A stretch of 64,000 bases of DNA from Bacteroidetes bacterium 43-93 (GCA_001897855.1 MKUO01000018.1:147513-211512), one strand, 5' to 3'; shown: positions 54,495 through 63,168, counted from the stretch's first letter. Program-made: numbers and translations. The notes: generated from the letters alone by a model not told the origin.

Positions 54495-57230
54495 TTATCG
54501 TTTATTGTGGTGATTGATGTATGTGATCCTTGATGCAGCTCTTTTCTGAACAGTAACTATCTCCCCATACCTTACGGCAATGGTTGTTTCTGTCTTATTA
54601 TTTACAGCATTTACTATTCTATTGATGCCAGCATTAAATGCGGCCGTATTATCGCCGTATTGCGGAGATAGTGTTGGCAATGCAGACAACATAGTGGGGA
54701 GATCCTGCAAATGCATCTTATGCAATGGTATTACCCGCGCACCGTGCGACAGATCAGGTATTAGTGTGGGTTGTGATACCCAATAGCCTGGTTTTCCTTT
54801 TTCCTTTACATATTCAGGCTTATTCTTTTCACCCACTATTGCAGGACCGCCCGGGTGGGCGTCTGTACCCTCGGCATATTGCGGAGTGCTGGTACCGGCA
54901 AGCGCGCTGATCACGGTAGCCATATATGCGGCTACAGCTGCTCCCGTGCCAATACCTATAACACCACCCTTTTCTACCTCTTCTGCAATACCTACATATA
55001 GTGCAATCGTAGCCTTTAGTATCGCCATGCCTTTTTCGTAATTCGCCTGCCTGCTTTTGCGCGCAGCCTCCTGTTGTGCAATACCGGCCTGCCGTTGCTG
55101 TGTACGTGCATCTATATCTGCAAGACGCTGGTCTTTTTCTTGCTGGGTAAGTATGCTGTTACTAACTGCCTGCTTTTCCAGATCTGACTGTTTATTAATA
55201 TCATCCCCTTGTTTTTGCAAGCGCGCCAGGTCTTTATCCGTTTTGTTCTTTGCTATAGAATCCAGAGCATCAAACACGCTACCAACGATCTGCTGTAATG
55301 ACTGCATATCTGCAGCTTGCTTTTCCTGTGCAGCTTTTGAGTCTTCTACAATCTTTTCATTCGCATCCCGGGTACTCATTACCCTTGCATCGTCAAGCTG
55401 GCTTTGTAACTTCTTCCTGTCAGAGGCAGACATATCTTCATTACCCAATATCTCCCGCAGGTAACCGATCGTGTCGCCAAGATTCTTTTTGCCATACTTG
55501 TCATTTAGCGCACTTACACTTTCCTGGTACTGCGCGTAACTGATCTCTTTATTCTTCAGACTGTCTATCAGTGCCTGCTCATCCGCCGCGTATAGTTGCT
55601 TATTTGCGTCCGCAATAGCCTTTAGAGCTTTCTCATGTGCTTTGGCCTGCAAACCATCAATATCAGGGGTAATGTAGACAGGTACGGTTTCGCTATGAGC
55701 ATCAGATGCACCGGGAAGAGATACTGAGTGTTTTGAAGAATTAGTAACAGAAGCTTTAGGATTATTTGTTGGCTTAGGTACAGAAGTGCGTTTTGAATTA
55801 TTAGCAAGCTTGTTATTAGCCGCCAGTGTAACTTCCAAATCGTCATTAACCTGGTTAATATCTCTTTTCAACTGGTTAATTCGGCCATTAAAAGCCTTAA
55901 CATAAGTATCAGAAGTATTTATAGATGACGCAATAAGCTGTGCTTGTTTTCGTGCTTCCTGCTCTGTAACACCTGTTACCTGTTTGATAACATCTATTAA
56001 TTCTTTACTACTTGCAAGTTCTCTTCTCGCCCATTCTGGTTTGTACTTCCCTAAAAGAAAATTATATTGTTCATTAGCAGTATTACTCAAATATTCATAA
56101 GCCCCTTTTTCAACTTCAAGGTCTTGAACTCTGGCCGCTGCCACTTTCTTTTCCTGTTCATTAATAACAGAAATCGCAGCTCCCTGCGCTTTAAGCAATT
56201 CCAGTTTATGTTCCTCCTTCTGTGTATTACCTTCTACCTGGTTTGCCTGTCCTCTTATCCTGTTTATCTCCGACTGTTTTGAGATCATAGCTGCAAGTGA
56301 ATCCCCTAAACCTTTTAAAGCCTCTTTTGTTCGCCTGGCCTGCTCCTCATCCTGCTTCATAGAGTTGGTAAAGAAACCCAATGCTGTTACCGCTAAATTT
56401 ATAATACCCGGCAAACCCGTAAACGACCCTCCAATAGCAGTCAATATACTTCCCCAGCTCTGCCCTTCTGACCGTGCCTTTACTACATGCTCTGCAAAAT
56501 CAGCAATATGACCGGAGAGTGCTTTGATAAATTCGCCAGGGCTTTGTGCCAGTTTGGGTAATTCGCCCAACATCTTATTAAACTGCCCACTCACCCCTTT
56601 ACAGGCATCTACCTTGCTTTGATAAGACGCTACCTGGGCACCTGCCGCATTTAATTGTGTACCGAGGTTTTGCGCATGGCCGATGGCATCTTTGGTTTTA
56701 GTATTAAAGCCATCGGTAGCTGTACCTGCCAATACCTGTGCTGCTGCCAGTTGTTTGGCATTATCGCTGGCATCTTTGTATTGCTTCTTTAGCTGCTCAT
56801 AGCTGGCATTGAGGTTGCGTGCATTGGCAGCCTCCTGCGCCGCTTGTGCTGCAAGGCGTTCGCGCTCTTTGTTCAATGCGCCGATGGCTGTAGCCAATGC
56901 GGCGGCACCATCAGTTTCATCTTTCCTGTTCTTACTGCTTTGTGCGGTAACAGCGGCGATGGCATCTGCAAGCGTCTGCTCCTGCTGCTTTACCGCCAGT
57001 AGCTTTTCCAGCGATGCCTTGTGGGCGTCTACTGCTGTGGTGGCTGCTTTGATGGCGGCCGTACCTTGTGCCATGGAATTGCTATCTGTAACAAACAGTT
57101 CGCTGGCGCGCATTTGTTTAGATGCTGCGGTAATGTGTGCTACCGTATCGTCTATGATGGCGATCACCTGCTGCTGTTGTGCCTTTATCTCCTCTACACC
57201 AAATAGCTGGTCTAATTTATCGGTGGGCAT
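54495..57230 (-). CDS. tape measure protein
   Basis: 911 aa, Ala/Gln/Lys-rich helical; central and C-terminal hydrophobic Gly/Ala segments; YAEGTDAHPGGPAIVGE motif. Confidence 0.85.
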   Translation of the reverse strand: MPTDKLDQLFGVEEIKAQQQQVIAIIDDTVAHITAASKQMRASELFVTDSNSMAQGTAAIKAATTAVDAHKASLEKLLAVKQQEQTLADAIAAVTAQSSKNRKDETDGAAALATAIGALNKERERLAAQAAQEAANARNLNASYEQLKKQYKDASDNAKQLAAAQVLAGTATDGFNTKTKDAIGHAQNLGTQLNAAGAQVASYQSKVDACKGVSGQFNKMLGELPKLAQSPGEFIKALSGHIADFAEHVVKARSEGQSWGSILTAIGGSFTGLPGIINLAVTALGFFTNSMKQDEEQARRTKEALKGLGDSLAAMISKQSEINRIRGQANQVEGNTQKEEHKLELLKAQGAAISVINEQEKKVAAARVQDLEVEKGAYEYLSNTANEQYNFLLGKYKPEWARRELASSKELIDVIKQVTGVTEQEARKQAQLIASSINTSDTYVKAFNGRINQLKRDINQVNDDLEVTLAANNKLANNSKRTSVPKPTNNPKASVTNSSKHSVSLPGASDAHSETVPVYITPDIDGLQAKAHEKALKAIADANKQLYAADEQALIDSLKNKEISYAQYQESVSALNDKYGKKNLGDTIGYLREILGNEDMSASDRKKLQSQLDDARVMSTRDANEKIVEDSKAAQEKQAADMQSLQQIVGSVFDALDSIAKNKTDKDLARLQKQGDDINKQSDLEKQAVSNSILTQQEKDQRLADIDARTQQRQAGIAQQEAARKSRQANYEKGMAILKATIALYVGIAEEVEKGGVIGIGTGAAVAAYMATVISALAGTSTPQYAEGTDAHPGGPAIVGEKNKPEYVKEKGKPGYWVSQPTLIPDLSHGARVIPLHKMHLQDLPTMLSALPTLSPQYGDNTAAFNAGINRIVNAVNNKTETTIAVRYGEIVTVQKRAASRITYINHHNKR

Positions 57231-57981
57231 ACTCCTCCTGTTGTTTTTGGTTTAGCAAACGTTCTGCATGTGCGTTGTATCTCTTTAGCGATATGCAATA
57301 GTCATACACGGTCATCTCCTCTGCAAGGCGCGTTACGGGGGTGTTATACCCTTCAAACTTGCGCAGCTCTGCCAGTTGCTCCAGGAAATAATCTTCGGTA
57401 ATGATTGTGTTGCTATTGCTCCTGTTATGATCGTCCTGCAATTCTTTTTCCAGCTGTTCTTTCTTTACCTCCCAGCCTACCAGTTCGTTGCTGATGTATT
57501 GCAGATCGTCTTGCAGGGTTGCGGGTGTTAGCGGGTAGTCAAACCCGTCTTCCTTCAGCTCTGCCACAATACCTGCATGGTAATGCGTAGCCAATGCCTG
57601 CATGTTCAGCCGTACCCGGTTGATGAAGAGTATATAAGCGTTCAGCAATTGTTGCCTTTCGCCTGCCTGTAGAGCGGCACCGTTGCCCGATGCATCATAG
57701 TACTGCAACTTCAGCGATTGCCATGCGGCAGCCAGTTGTGCCTCTGTAGGGTCTCCTGCCAATACCAGTGCATCCATATTGCCTTGTGTATAGCATTTGA
57801 TGAAGGCAGAGAGGCGCACCATGCGTATATCATCTGCTATCAGTGCAAAGGGTTCTTCTTCATGCGGCTTTGCTTCATTTTGGTAATGCTTCAGCAATGC
57901 CTGCGATACCAGGCGGATGCCCAGTTCTATTTGTTGTGCCTGCGTGCGTGCGGGTTTGTTCTTTTTATGTTTCGGTTTCAT
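57217..57981 (-). CDS. tail assembly chaperone-like protein
   Basis: helical, directly upstream of and overlapping the tape measure gene. Confidence 0.5.
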   Translation of the reverse strand: MKPKHKKNKPARTQAQQIELGIRLVSQALLKHYQNEAKPHEEEPFALIADDIRMVRLSAFIKCYTQGNMDALVLAGDPTEAQLAAAWQSLKLQYYDASGNGAALQAGERQQLLNAYILFINRVRLNMQALATHYHAGIVAELKEDGFDYPLTPATLQDDLQYISNELVGWEVKKEQLEKELQDDHNRSNSNTIITEDYFLEQLAELRKFEGYNTPVTRLAEEMTVYDYCISLKRYNAHAERLLNQKQQEEYAHR

Positions 57982-57988
57982 GGTATTA

Positions 57989-58237
57989 CTATTTATAACC
58001 TATGCCGGTAAGCTCGCTGATGCGATGTAACAAGGGCGTGCGCACATAGGTATCAAACAAATAAGCATTGGGGCCTGTGGGTGCATAAGGGGTTTGCTGC
58101 AATACATCTGTAAATGGCAGTGCAAAAGGTGTCGTAGTGTTATCTATATGCAGGCCACTATCTTCTACCGCTGTGGCTACTGCTTCATGCACATCTACTG
58201 CCTGCAGCCTCTTCTTCATTTCTAATGCGTATGCCAT
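57989..58237 (-). CDS. short tail-completion-like hypothetical protein
   Basis: 82 aa between tube and chaperone genes. Confidence 0.35.
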   Translation of the reverse strand: MAYALEMKKRLQAVDVHEAVATAVEDSGLHIDNTTTPFALPFTDVLQQTPYAPTGPNAYLFDTYVRTPLLHRISELTGIGYK

Positions 58238-58251
58238 AAGGGAGATAAAGA

Positions 58252-58274
58252 CAGGGCGCGGCTTACACGCCCTG
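58252..58274 (-). terminator. intrinsic terminator inside the late operon
   Basis: CAGGGCG-N9-CGCCCTG followed by TCTTTATCT on the minus strand. Confidence 0.6.
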
Positions 58275-58289
58275 CTTTGGTTTTATTGG

Positions 58290-58580
58290 TTAAGGGTTTA
58301 CAGGGGCTTCGCTATGGGTATCGCTACCTTTGCGTGTATTGTTCTTCTGCTTCTTGCCGGTAGTTTCTTCCGGTGCATCTGTTTTGGTGCTTTGCATACA
58401 TTTGTTGTACACTTCTGTCAGCGCCTGCGTTCTTTCTTCGGGCTGCAGGTGGGCGAAGTATTGCTGCCCTGCCATTGCCAGCCATTCTTCAAGAGGCATA
58501 GCAATTACAGCCGGTATGTAAAAGTTCACCGCATCAATACCACTATCCCATGCAAGGTGTTCTGCGTGTTGCTTCATCAT
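58290..58580 (-). CDS. small hypothetical (tail chaperone-like) protein
   Basis: TAATG-coupled to the tail tube gene; charged C-tail. Confidence 0.5.
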   Translation of the reverse strand: MMKQHAEHLAWDSGIDAVNFYIPAVIAMPLEEWLAMAGQQYFAHLQPEERTQALTEVYNKCMQSTKTDAPEETTGKKQKNNTRKGSDTHSEAPVNP

Positions 58581-59548
58581 TAGGATGCAGTTATGGTCAA
58601 TACATTAGATTCGTGGTACTTAACACCCAGGCCTGCCAGGGTCGCAATATCTGCCTGCTGCAGGTATAGCTTATCGCCCGCGGTACCGTATGCACCTGTA
58701 GTAGTGCAGGTAAGGGTAAAGGCTACCTTTTCCGTGCCTTCTGATTTGATGGTAACACCCGATATAGTTACGGCTGCACCACTGGCATTTACCAGCTTCC
58801 AGGCTGTTACCACATTTAGTATGGCAGCATACTTAGACACCAGGTTCACCTGTCCGTCAATGCTCTTCAGCGCTATATCAAACACACCCGGTGTGCTGCC
58901 TGTAGTAATGTTCTCGAGCACCGTATCTTCTACACCGCGCAGGCCCTGCAACGGGTGAAAGGGGTTGAAGCCAAGATCTGTATGCTTTGCTTTCTTCTTC
59001 TCGTCGATATCAGCCAATGCTATACGCAGCTGGTACTTCACAGCCTTGCCCTGGTCGGGTTCTTCAAAAGGCAATACCTCCAGCTGGTGAATGGTAAGCC
59101 CACAGATACCGGTATCGGTAGTAAGGTGTTGCAGGTTCCAGTTCTCATCTATAAAGGCAACGAGGTAGCCCTTGCGCAGGTGAAAGTTTTGCAGCGACTG
59201 GTATTCGGCCCAGGTACATTCCACTACAAAGGTCATATCCCACGATCCTTTGTCGGTAAAGGTCTTGAGCTGTCCGCGTGTTTCGCGTGCAGGTGCCTCC
59301 CCGTTAGATGTAGGCATGTGCAGCTTGTGAATGAAGAAGGCGCGGCTGCCATAGGTTTGGTTGGTAAGCAAAGACTGCAATGCGGTTTTGCGCGTGGCAG
59401 CAGTTGCCAGGTCGGCCGTGCTTAGCAGGTCTGCATCGTATGGGTGCAGTATAGCGCCGCGTATCTTACCGGGGTCAAACTTACCGGTACCGGCACTGTA
59501 ATTGCCTGCAGCATTTTGTGTTACTTTATTAATTACGCTCTGTGGCAT
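58580..59548 (-). CDS. major tail tube protein
   Basis: GTGKFDPGKIRGAIL, VAFIDENWNL; position after neck genes; extra beta-rich C-terminal domain. Confidence 0.65.
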   Translation of the reverse strand: MPQSVINKVTQNAAGNYSAGTGKFDPGKIRGAILHPYDADLLSTADLATAATRKTALQSLLTNQTYGSRAFFIHKLHMPTSNGEAPARETRGQLKTFTDKGSWDMTFVVECTWAEYQSLQNFHLRKGYLVAFIDENWNLQHLTTDTGICGLTIHQLEVLPFEEPDQGKAVKYQLRIALADIDEKKKAKHTDLGFNPFHPLQGLRGVEDTVLENITTGSTPGVFDIALKSIDGQVNLVSKYAAILNVVTAWKLVNASGAAVTISGVTIKSEGTEKVAFTLTCTTTGAYGTAGDKLYLQQADIATLAGLGVKYHESNVLTITAS

Positions 59549-59576
59549 GTTGTTTAAAAAGGTTTAGGTATTGTTC

Positions 59577-60131
59577 TTAAAATCTTGATCGTAAAAAAGG
59601 ATCGTAGGTGCATTGCATATTGTAGCGGAAGCAATGCCATGGATGGGTATCAAACTTCACCATATCTGTTTTGCTAAGGCCGGGATATTCCTGCAGCACT
59701 CTTTCTATCCCTGTCACTTCGCTCTTCATAATGAACTGGTGCATCTCGTACTTCAGCATCTCCAGCACATCGCGGCGCACTTCTACATCGGCACGGGCCA
59801 TTTGTGGTTTTATCTTCGCCAGGTTGATGAAGAACACCAGGTGTACATCTGCCGTCTGCGATTTATAATTATCTATAGTGATGTTGCTGCCAATACCAAA
59901 GAAAGAGTGTACGGCCACACTGTCATCCAGCAATAGTTCTTTATAATCGTTGTTGTTGGTAAACACCTCAGGCACGTAGCCTGCATCTTTGCGATTGCGA
60001 TACACACGGCCGTAGCAGTTATACTCATCTGCGGCAAGCTCCCATACATCCTGCAGGTAATCGTACAGGTCTTGCTGCATATCCTGTATCCATACATCTA
60101 TACCCACCGGGCGATATTTAGTATATATCAT
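59577..60131 (-). CDS. neck / tail-terminator-like protein
   Basis: 184 aa, ATGA overlap with the upstream gene; directly before the tube gene. Confidence 0.45.
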   Translation of the reverse strand: MIYTKYRPVGIDVWIQDMQQDLYDYLQDVWELAADEYNCYGRVYRNRKDAGYVPEVFTNNNDYKELLLDDSVAVHSFFGIGSNITIDNYKSQTADVHLVFFINLAKIKPQMARADVEVRRDVLEMLKYEMHQFIMKSEVTGIERVLQEYPGLSKTDMVKFDTHPWHCFRYNMQCTYDPFLRSRF

Positions 60132-61228
60132 ATTGCAGGGTTTTGGATGGTGATGGACGAGGATCTTTTATAGAAGGCATCGCGCAGGCGTTTTACCTCT
60201 TGCAGTATCTGCCCTTTGAGGCCCGTGGTATAAGGATTATCGGCAGTGGTTACCTGGTTCAGATCGCGGTAGAGGACGGCTAGGTTCTCTTTACCCATAC
60301 GCTCGCGGGCATTGCCCCGGGCACTGTTCTGCACTATCTCTATCGCCCTTGCCGCCATCATCAGCCCTTGCAGGTTATCAAACAGGTGCGCATTGTTCAC
60401 AATGGTTTCCGTCATATCGCGATAGCTGCCCAGCTCTGCATTCAATCCATACATGCCTGCGCTGCAACCATAGGTCTCCCTGTCAAAGTCTGCACCATTA
60501 GCTTTCGACTCAAACGATACTCCGCCAAACACATGGTAACAATTGGCAGCTACACTATAATCGTAGGCACGCACCGCACCAAGATCATCCTGGAAATAAC
60601 CGAGAAACCATTCGCCGCCCTTTACCACATCGGTAGCGTTGTTAATGGCATAGTTGAGCGCTACAGATGTTTGGCTATTGCCCTTTGCCGCTACCTGCCA
60701 CTTCTTTATATATGGAACATCGGTAAGCACATTATCTACCGTATCGGTGCCATTGGTTAGGGAGTGAAAGAGGTAGAGCGGGAAGCTTACATCTGCATTA
60801 AAGAAGAGTATCGCATTCTTCAGCAGTACACCATAATCACCATCGCTCACTTTAATGCGTATGCCGCAGAAGTTGCCGTTATTGGCTACAGGGTTATGCG
60901 CTGTGTTTACCGCTTTACGGAACAGTAAACCACCACCTACATACTGCGGTGCATCAAACACTGCATTGAGTGCAGACATAATAACCGACCTGCGGAGCTG
61001 TACCAGGTAAGCATTAAAATCATCTTCAGTAATATCCGCATCAGGCTGGCAATCGTACAGGTTCTCTATCAGCAAAGAGGCGTGAAAGCTGCCATCATTA
61101 TAATACCTGCCGCTTTCGCTTTGTGTGTTGTCGCAGTCTACCACATCATAGCCTTTGGTGGTGGGTTGCAGCCAGCCAATACGCTCCATTGCAGGCAGCA
61201 CAAGGGCTGCGTTATATCCGTTCGTCAT
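60128..61228 (-). CDS. head-tail adaptor-like protein
   Basis: follows the capsid gene; helical N- and C-termini around a beta-rich core. Confidence 0.4.
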   Translation of the reverse strand: MTNGYNAALVLPAMERIGWLQPTTKGYDVVDCDNTQSESGRYYNDGSFHASLLIENLYDCQPDADITEDDFNAYLVQLRRSVIMSALNAVFDAPQYVGGGLLFRKAVNTAHNPVANNGNFCGIRIKVSDGDYGVLLKNAILFFNADVSFPLYLFHSLTNGTDTVDNVLTDVPYIKKWQVAAKGNSQTSVALNYAINNATDVVKGGEWFLGYFQDDLGAVRAYDYSVAANCYHVFGGVSFESKANGADFDRETYGCSAGMYGLNAELGSYRDMTETIVNNAHLFDNLQGLMMAARAIEIVQNSARGNARERMGKENLAVLYRDLNQVTTADNPYTTGLKGQILQEVKRLRDAFYKRSSSITIQNPAI

Positions 61229-61255
61229 GGTTTATGGTTTAGGGAGATGTATGTA

Positions 61256-62281
61256 TTAAGCACCTACGCTTATAAGATGTACCGGGCTATCACTCGCTGC
61301 AGACAGTGGTGGTACACCCCAGCCTACCCATGCAGATATTTCCCACTGATCCAGCACATCCTGCACGCCGCCGCCATTGGCGCTTTCATCGCCACGCTTG
61401 CTATACTTAGATACATCAAACACAAAGCCCGAACCGAACGGATCTAACAAAGTGCCAAACATACCTACTTCGTTATCGCCTGCATCCATGCCTTCTTTAT
61501 TCAGCGGATCGTTCCAGTTAAGTGCTTTGAACGTACCTGCAGGCATGATGAAAGCAGCACCGTCTGTATAGCTTGCAGAGATCACTTCTGATGTTGCCGC
61601 CATACGAACACCCTGCATTTGGGGCGCAAGGTTGGTACTGTTGCCCGCGCCTTGCCACATGGTACGCTCCAGCGATGGCCACAGTTGCAGATCGGGGATC
61701 ATATCCAGGTCGCCACGGTACAGGCGGCCACGCATAAAGGTTTTAGAGAGCTGTGTAAAATAGTCGAGCTTAGCAGCGGGTATTTCCAGTGCATGGTTGG
61801 TACTGTTCCACGTACCGGCGCCTGATGTTGCAGGGCTGGTAAGCTGGCAGGTGTGGGCTGCAAGGTAGGCAAGGCCCAGGGTTTCCATGCGGTCTTTAAG
61901 ATTATCAACAGCCTGTTCTATCTCGTGCTGAAACATGATCTTAGCGCCAACGGCATTGTTCTGTGCCTGCTTGCGGCTCATGTAGAATGTTTCGGTAAGA
62001 CATTGGTAGGCGAGGTTCAGCGTACCGCTATCGCCTTTGGTGCCTGTGTGCAGTGCTACCTTTGCGGTGCCACTGCCGGGTGCGCGTTGTTTCAGGTATT
62101 TTACTTCTACCACGCGGCTTTCTGCTGTCTTCAGCGATTCCCAGTCGGGCAGGGTGTATTGGGCATTGTTCAGTGCCATCGTCAATACGGGACGTTCTTT
62201 TCTACGCAGTTCGGCTTCGTTGTATTTTGTGGCGAGCGTAGTTTGGGCATTAGTCAACAGACTGGATGCATAATTTGCCAT
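61256..62281 (-). CDS. major capsid protein-like (HK97-fold inferred)
   Basis: 341 aa from MANYASS; HTGTKGDSG loop, spine-helix-like QHEIEQAVDNLKDRMETLGLAYL; first gene of the late operon. Confidence 0.6.
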   Translation of the reverse strand: MANYASSLLTNAQTTLATKYNEAELRRKERPVLTMALNNAQYTLPDWESLKTAESRVVEVKYLKQRAPGSGTAKVALHTGTKGDSGTLNLAYQCLTETFYMSRKQAQNNAVGAKIMFQHEIEQAVDNLKDRMETLGLAYLAAHTCQLTSPATSGAGTWNSTNHALEIPAAKLDYFTQLSKTFMRGRLYRGDLDMIPDLQLWPSLERTMWQGAGNSTNLAPQMQGVRMAATSEVISASYTDGAAFIMPAGTFKALNWNDPLNKEGMDAGDNEVGMFGTLLDPFGSGFVFDVSKYSKRGDESANGGGVQDVLDQWEISAWVGWGVPPLSAASDSPVHLISVGA

Positions 62282-62308
62282 TTTTAAGAGGAAAATTGAG
62301 AAAGATAC

Positions 62309-62394
62309 CGGGCACCGCCCGTAGATATTTGGAGTACCACTCCGTGTGCTTTGGGGAGACATCCCCTTAGAAAAGAACAAACAACCACCGGCTG
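62309..62394 (-). promoter_or_regulatory. structured 5' leader: four short hairpins, three with GGU triloops
   Basis: CAGCC-GGT-GGTTG, GGGGA-TGTC-TCCCC, GGAGT-GGT-ACTCC, CGGGC-GGT-GCCCG. Confidence 0.65.
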
Positions 62395-62404
62395 TATTGT
62401 GATA

Positions 62405-62412
62405 CAAAATTA
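62405..62412 (-). promoter_or_regulatory. host-type sigma70 -7 element for the capsid-like gene
   Basis: TAATTTTG matches TAnnTTTG, 124 nt upstream of the ATG. Confidence 0.65.
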
Positions 62413-62525
62413 GGAAAAACTTTTCTTCTGAAAAAAAATTATTTTTTCTTCAGTACGCATATCATTACCTCTAAAACCTTTACAGTAGCGGATTTTAAGG
62501 GATAAAACTTTTTTAAAAAATATCT

Positions 62526-63038
62526 TTACTCCTGATTTTCTTCAGAATACGTTAGCTGTGTTAATGTATTTTTGTCATAAACAAAAAGGAACTCACAGGG
62601 AGTCGGATATTGCTTTACCTCTGCGGTAGCGAGTACATAATACATACCATCCCTGTAGATGGGCTTCTGTATGCTGATGACCATATCGCCTGCTTTGGGT
62701 TGCAGCTTTTGTTCTGCGAGCGGATGCCGCTTAATGGTCTTTGTCCACTTTTTAGGAGCAGGCATTTTCTGCAGGTTCAGTTCTTTGGTAATGTTCTCTA
62801 TAGCAACGCTCAGATCATAATTAGGAGCTACATCCTGGTTATAAAAAAGATCGGCAGACTTGTTGCGGCCAAACTCGTGTACTACCGGTATGCCATCGAG
62901 CGTTGGTAATTTATTGACCAGGAAGCTAAGCACAGAATCCTGCAGGCCGGTATCTGTGGTAAGCTTAGGTTTTGTTTGCGCTATAGATGTACCGGCGCTT
63001 AGCAACAGCGCTATCGCGGCTATGTATATCTTTCTCAT
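62526..63038 (-). CDS. secreted hypothetical protein
   Basis: signal peptide MRKIYIAAIALLLSAGTSIA|Q. Confidence 0.7.
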   Translation of the reverse strand: MRKIYIAAIALLLSAGTSIAQTKPKLTTDTGLQDSVLSFLVNKLPTLDGIPVVHEFGRNKSADLFYNQDVAPNYDLSVAIENITKELNLQKMPAPKKWTKTIKRHPLAEQKLQPKAGDMVISIQKPIYRDGMYYVLATAEVKQYPTPCEFLFVYDKNTLTQLTYSEENQE

Positions 63039-63168
63039 TGATCCTCTTTTTATGGTACTTTATGAAGTTAAACAAAGGATGCGTAAAAGTTTTATATTAC
63101 CTTTATCCCTGCTATATAAGACAAACGTTTTCCCTTTATTATCATTTTCAGACAAAGTTTCTACCCGA

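Larger units (their letters stand above)
44217..62412 (-). mobile_element. phage-derived late module (capsid-like, neck, non-contractile tail, fibres, lysis) lacking packaging, integration and replication genes
   Basis: co-oriented ORFs with TAATG/ATGA overlaps in siphovirus late-gene order, ending in a GH19 endolysin. Confidence 0.85.

Noticed and set aside
57217-58580. Programmed -1 frameshift in tail chaperone genes
   Set aside because: No X XXY YYZ slippery site near the end of the 96-aa gene, and a terminator follows it
44217-62281. Contractile injection system, R-type tailocin or T6SS
   Set aside because: No sheath, wedge/baseplate J, VgrG/PAAR or AAA ATPase recognisable; layout is siphovirus-like
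62282-62407. 42-aa N-terminal extension of the capsid-like ORF in the track
   Set aside because: Its ATG overlaps the -7 promoter element; the region is better explained as a structured leader with the start at 62281
44143-62525. attL/attR pair flanking the phage-like cluster
   Set aside because: Only short A/T runs are shared between the two ends; no convincing direct repeat, tRNA or integrase
62860-63168. N-terminal 103 aa of the last ORF
   Set aside because: Overlaps the opposite-strand gene; the signal peptide begins at 63169
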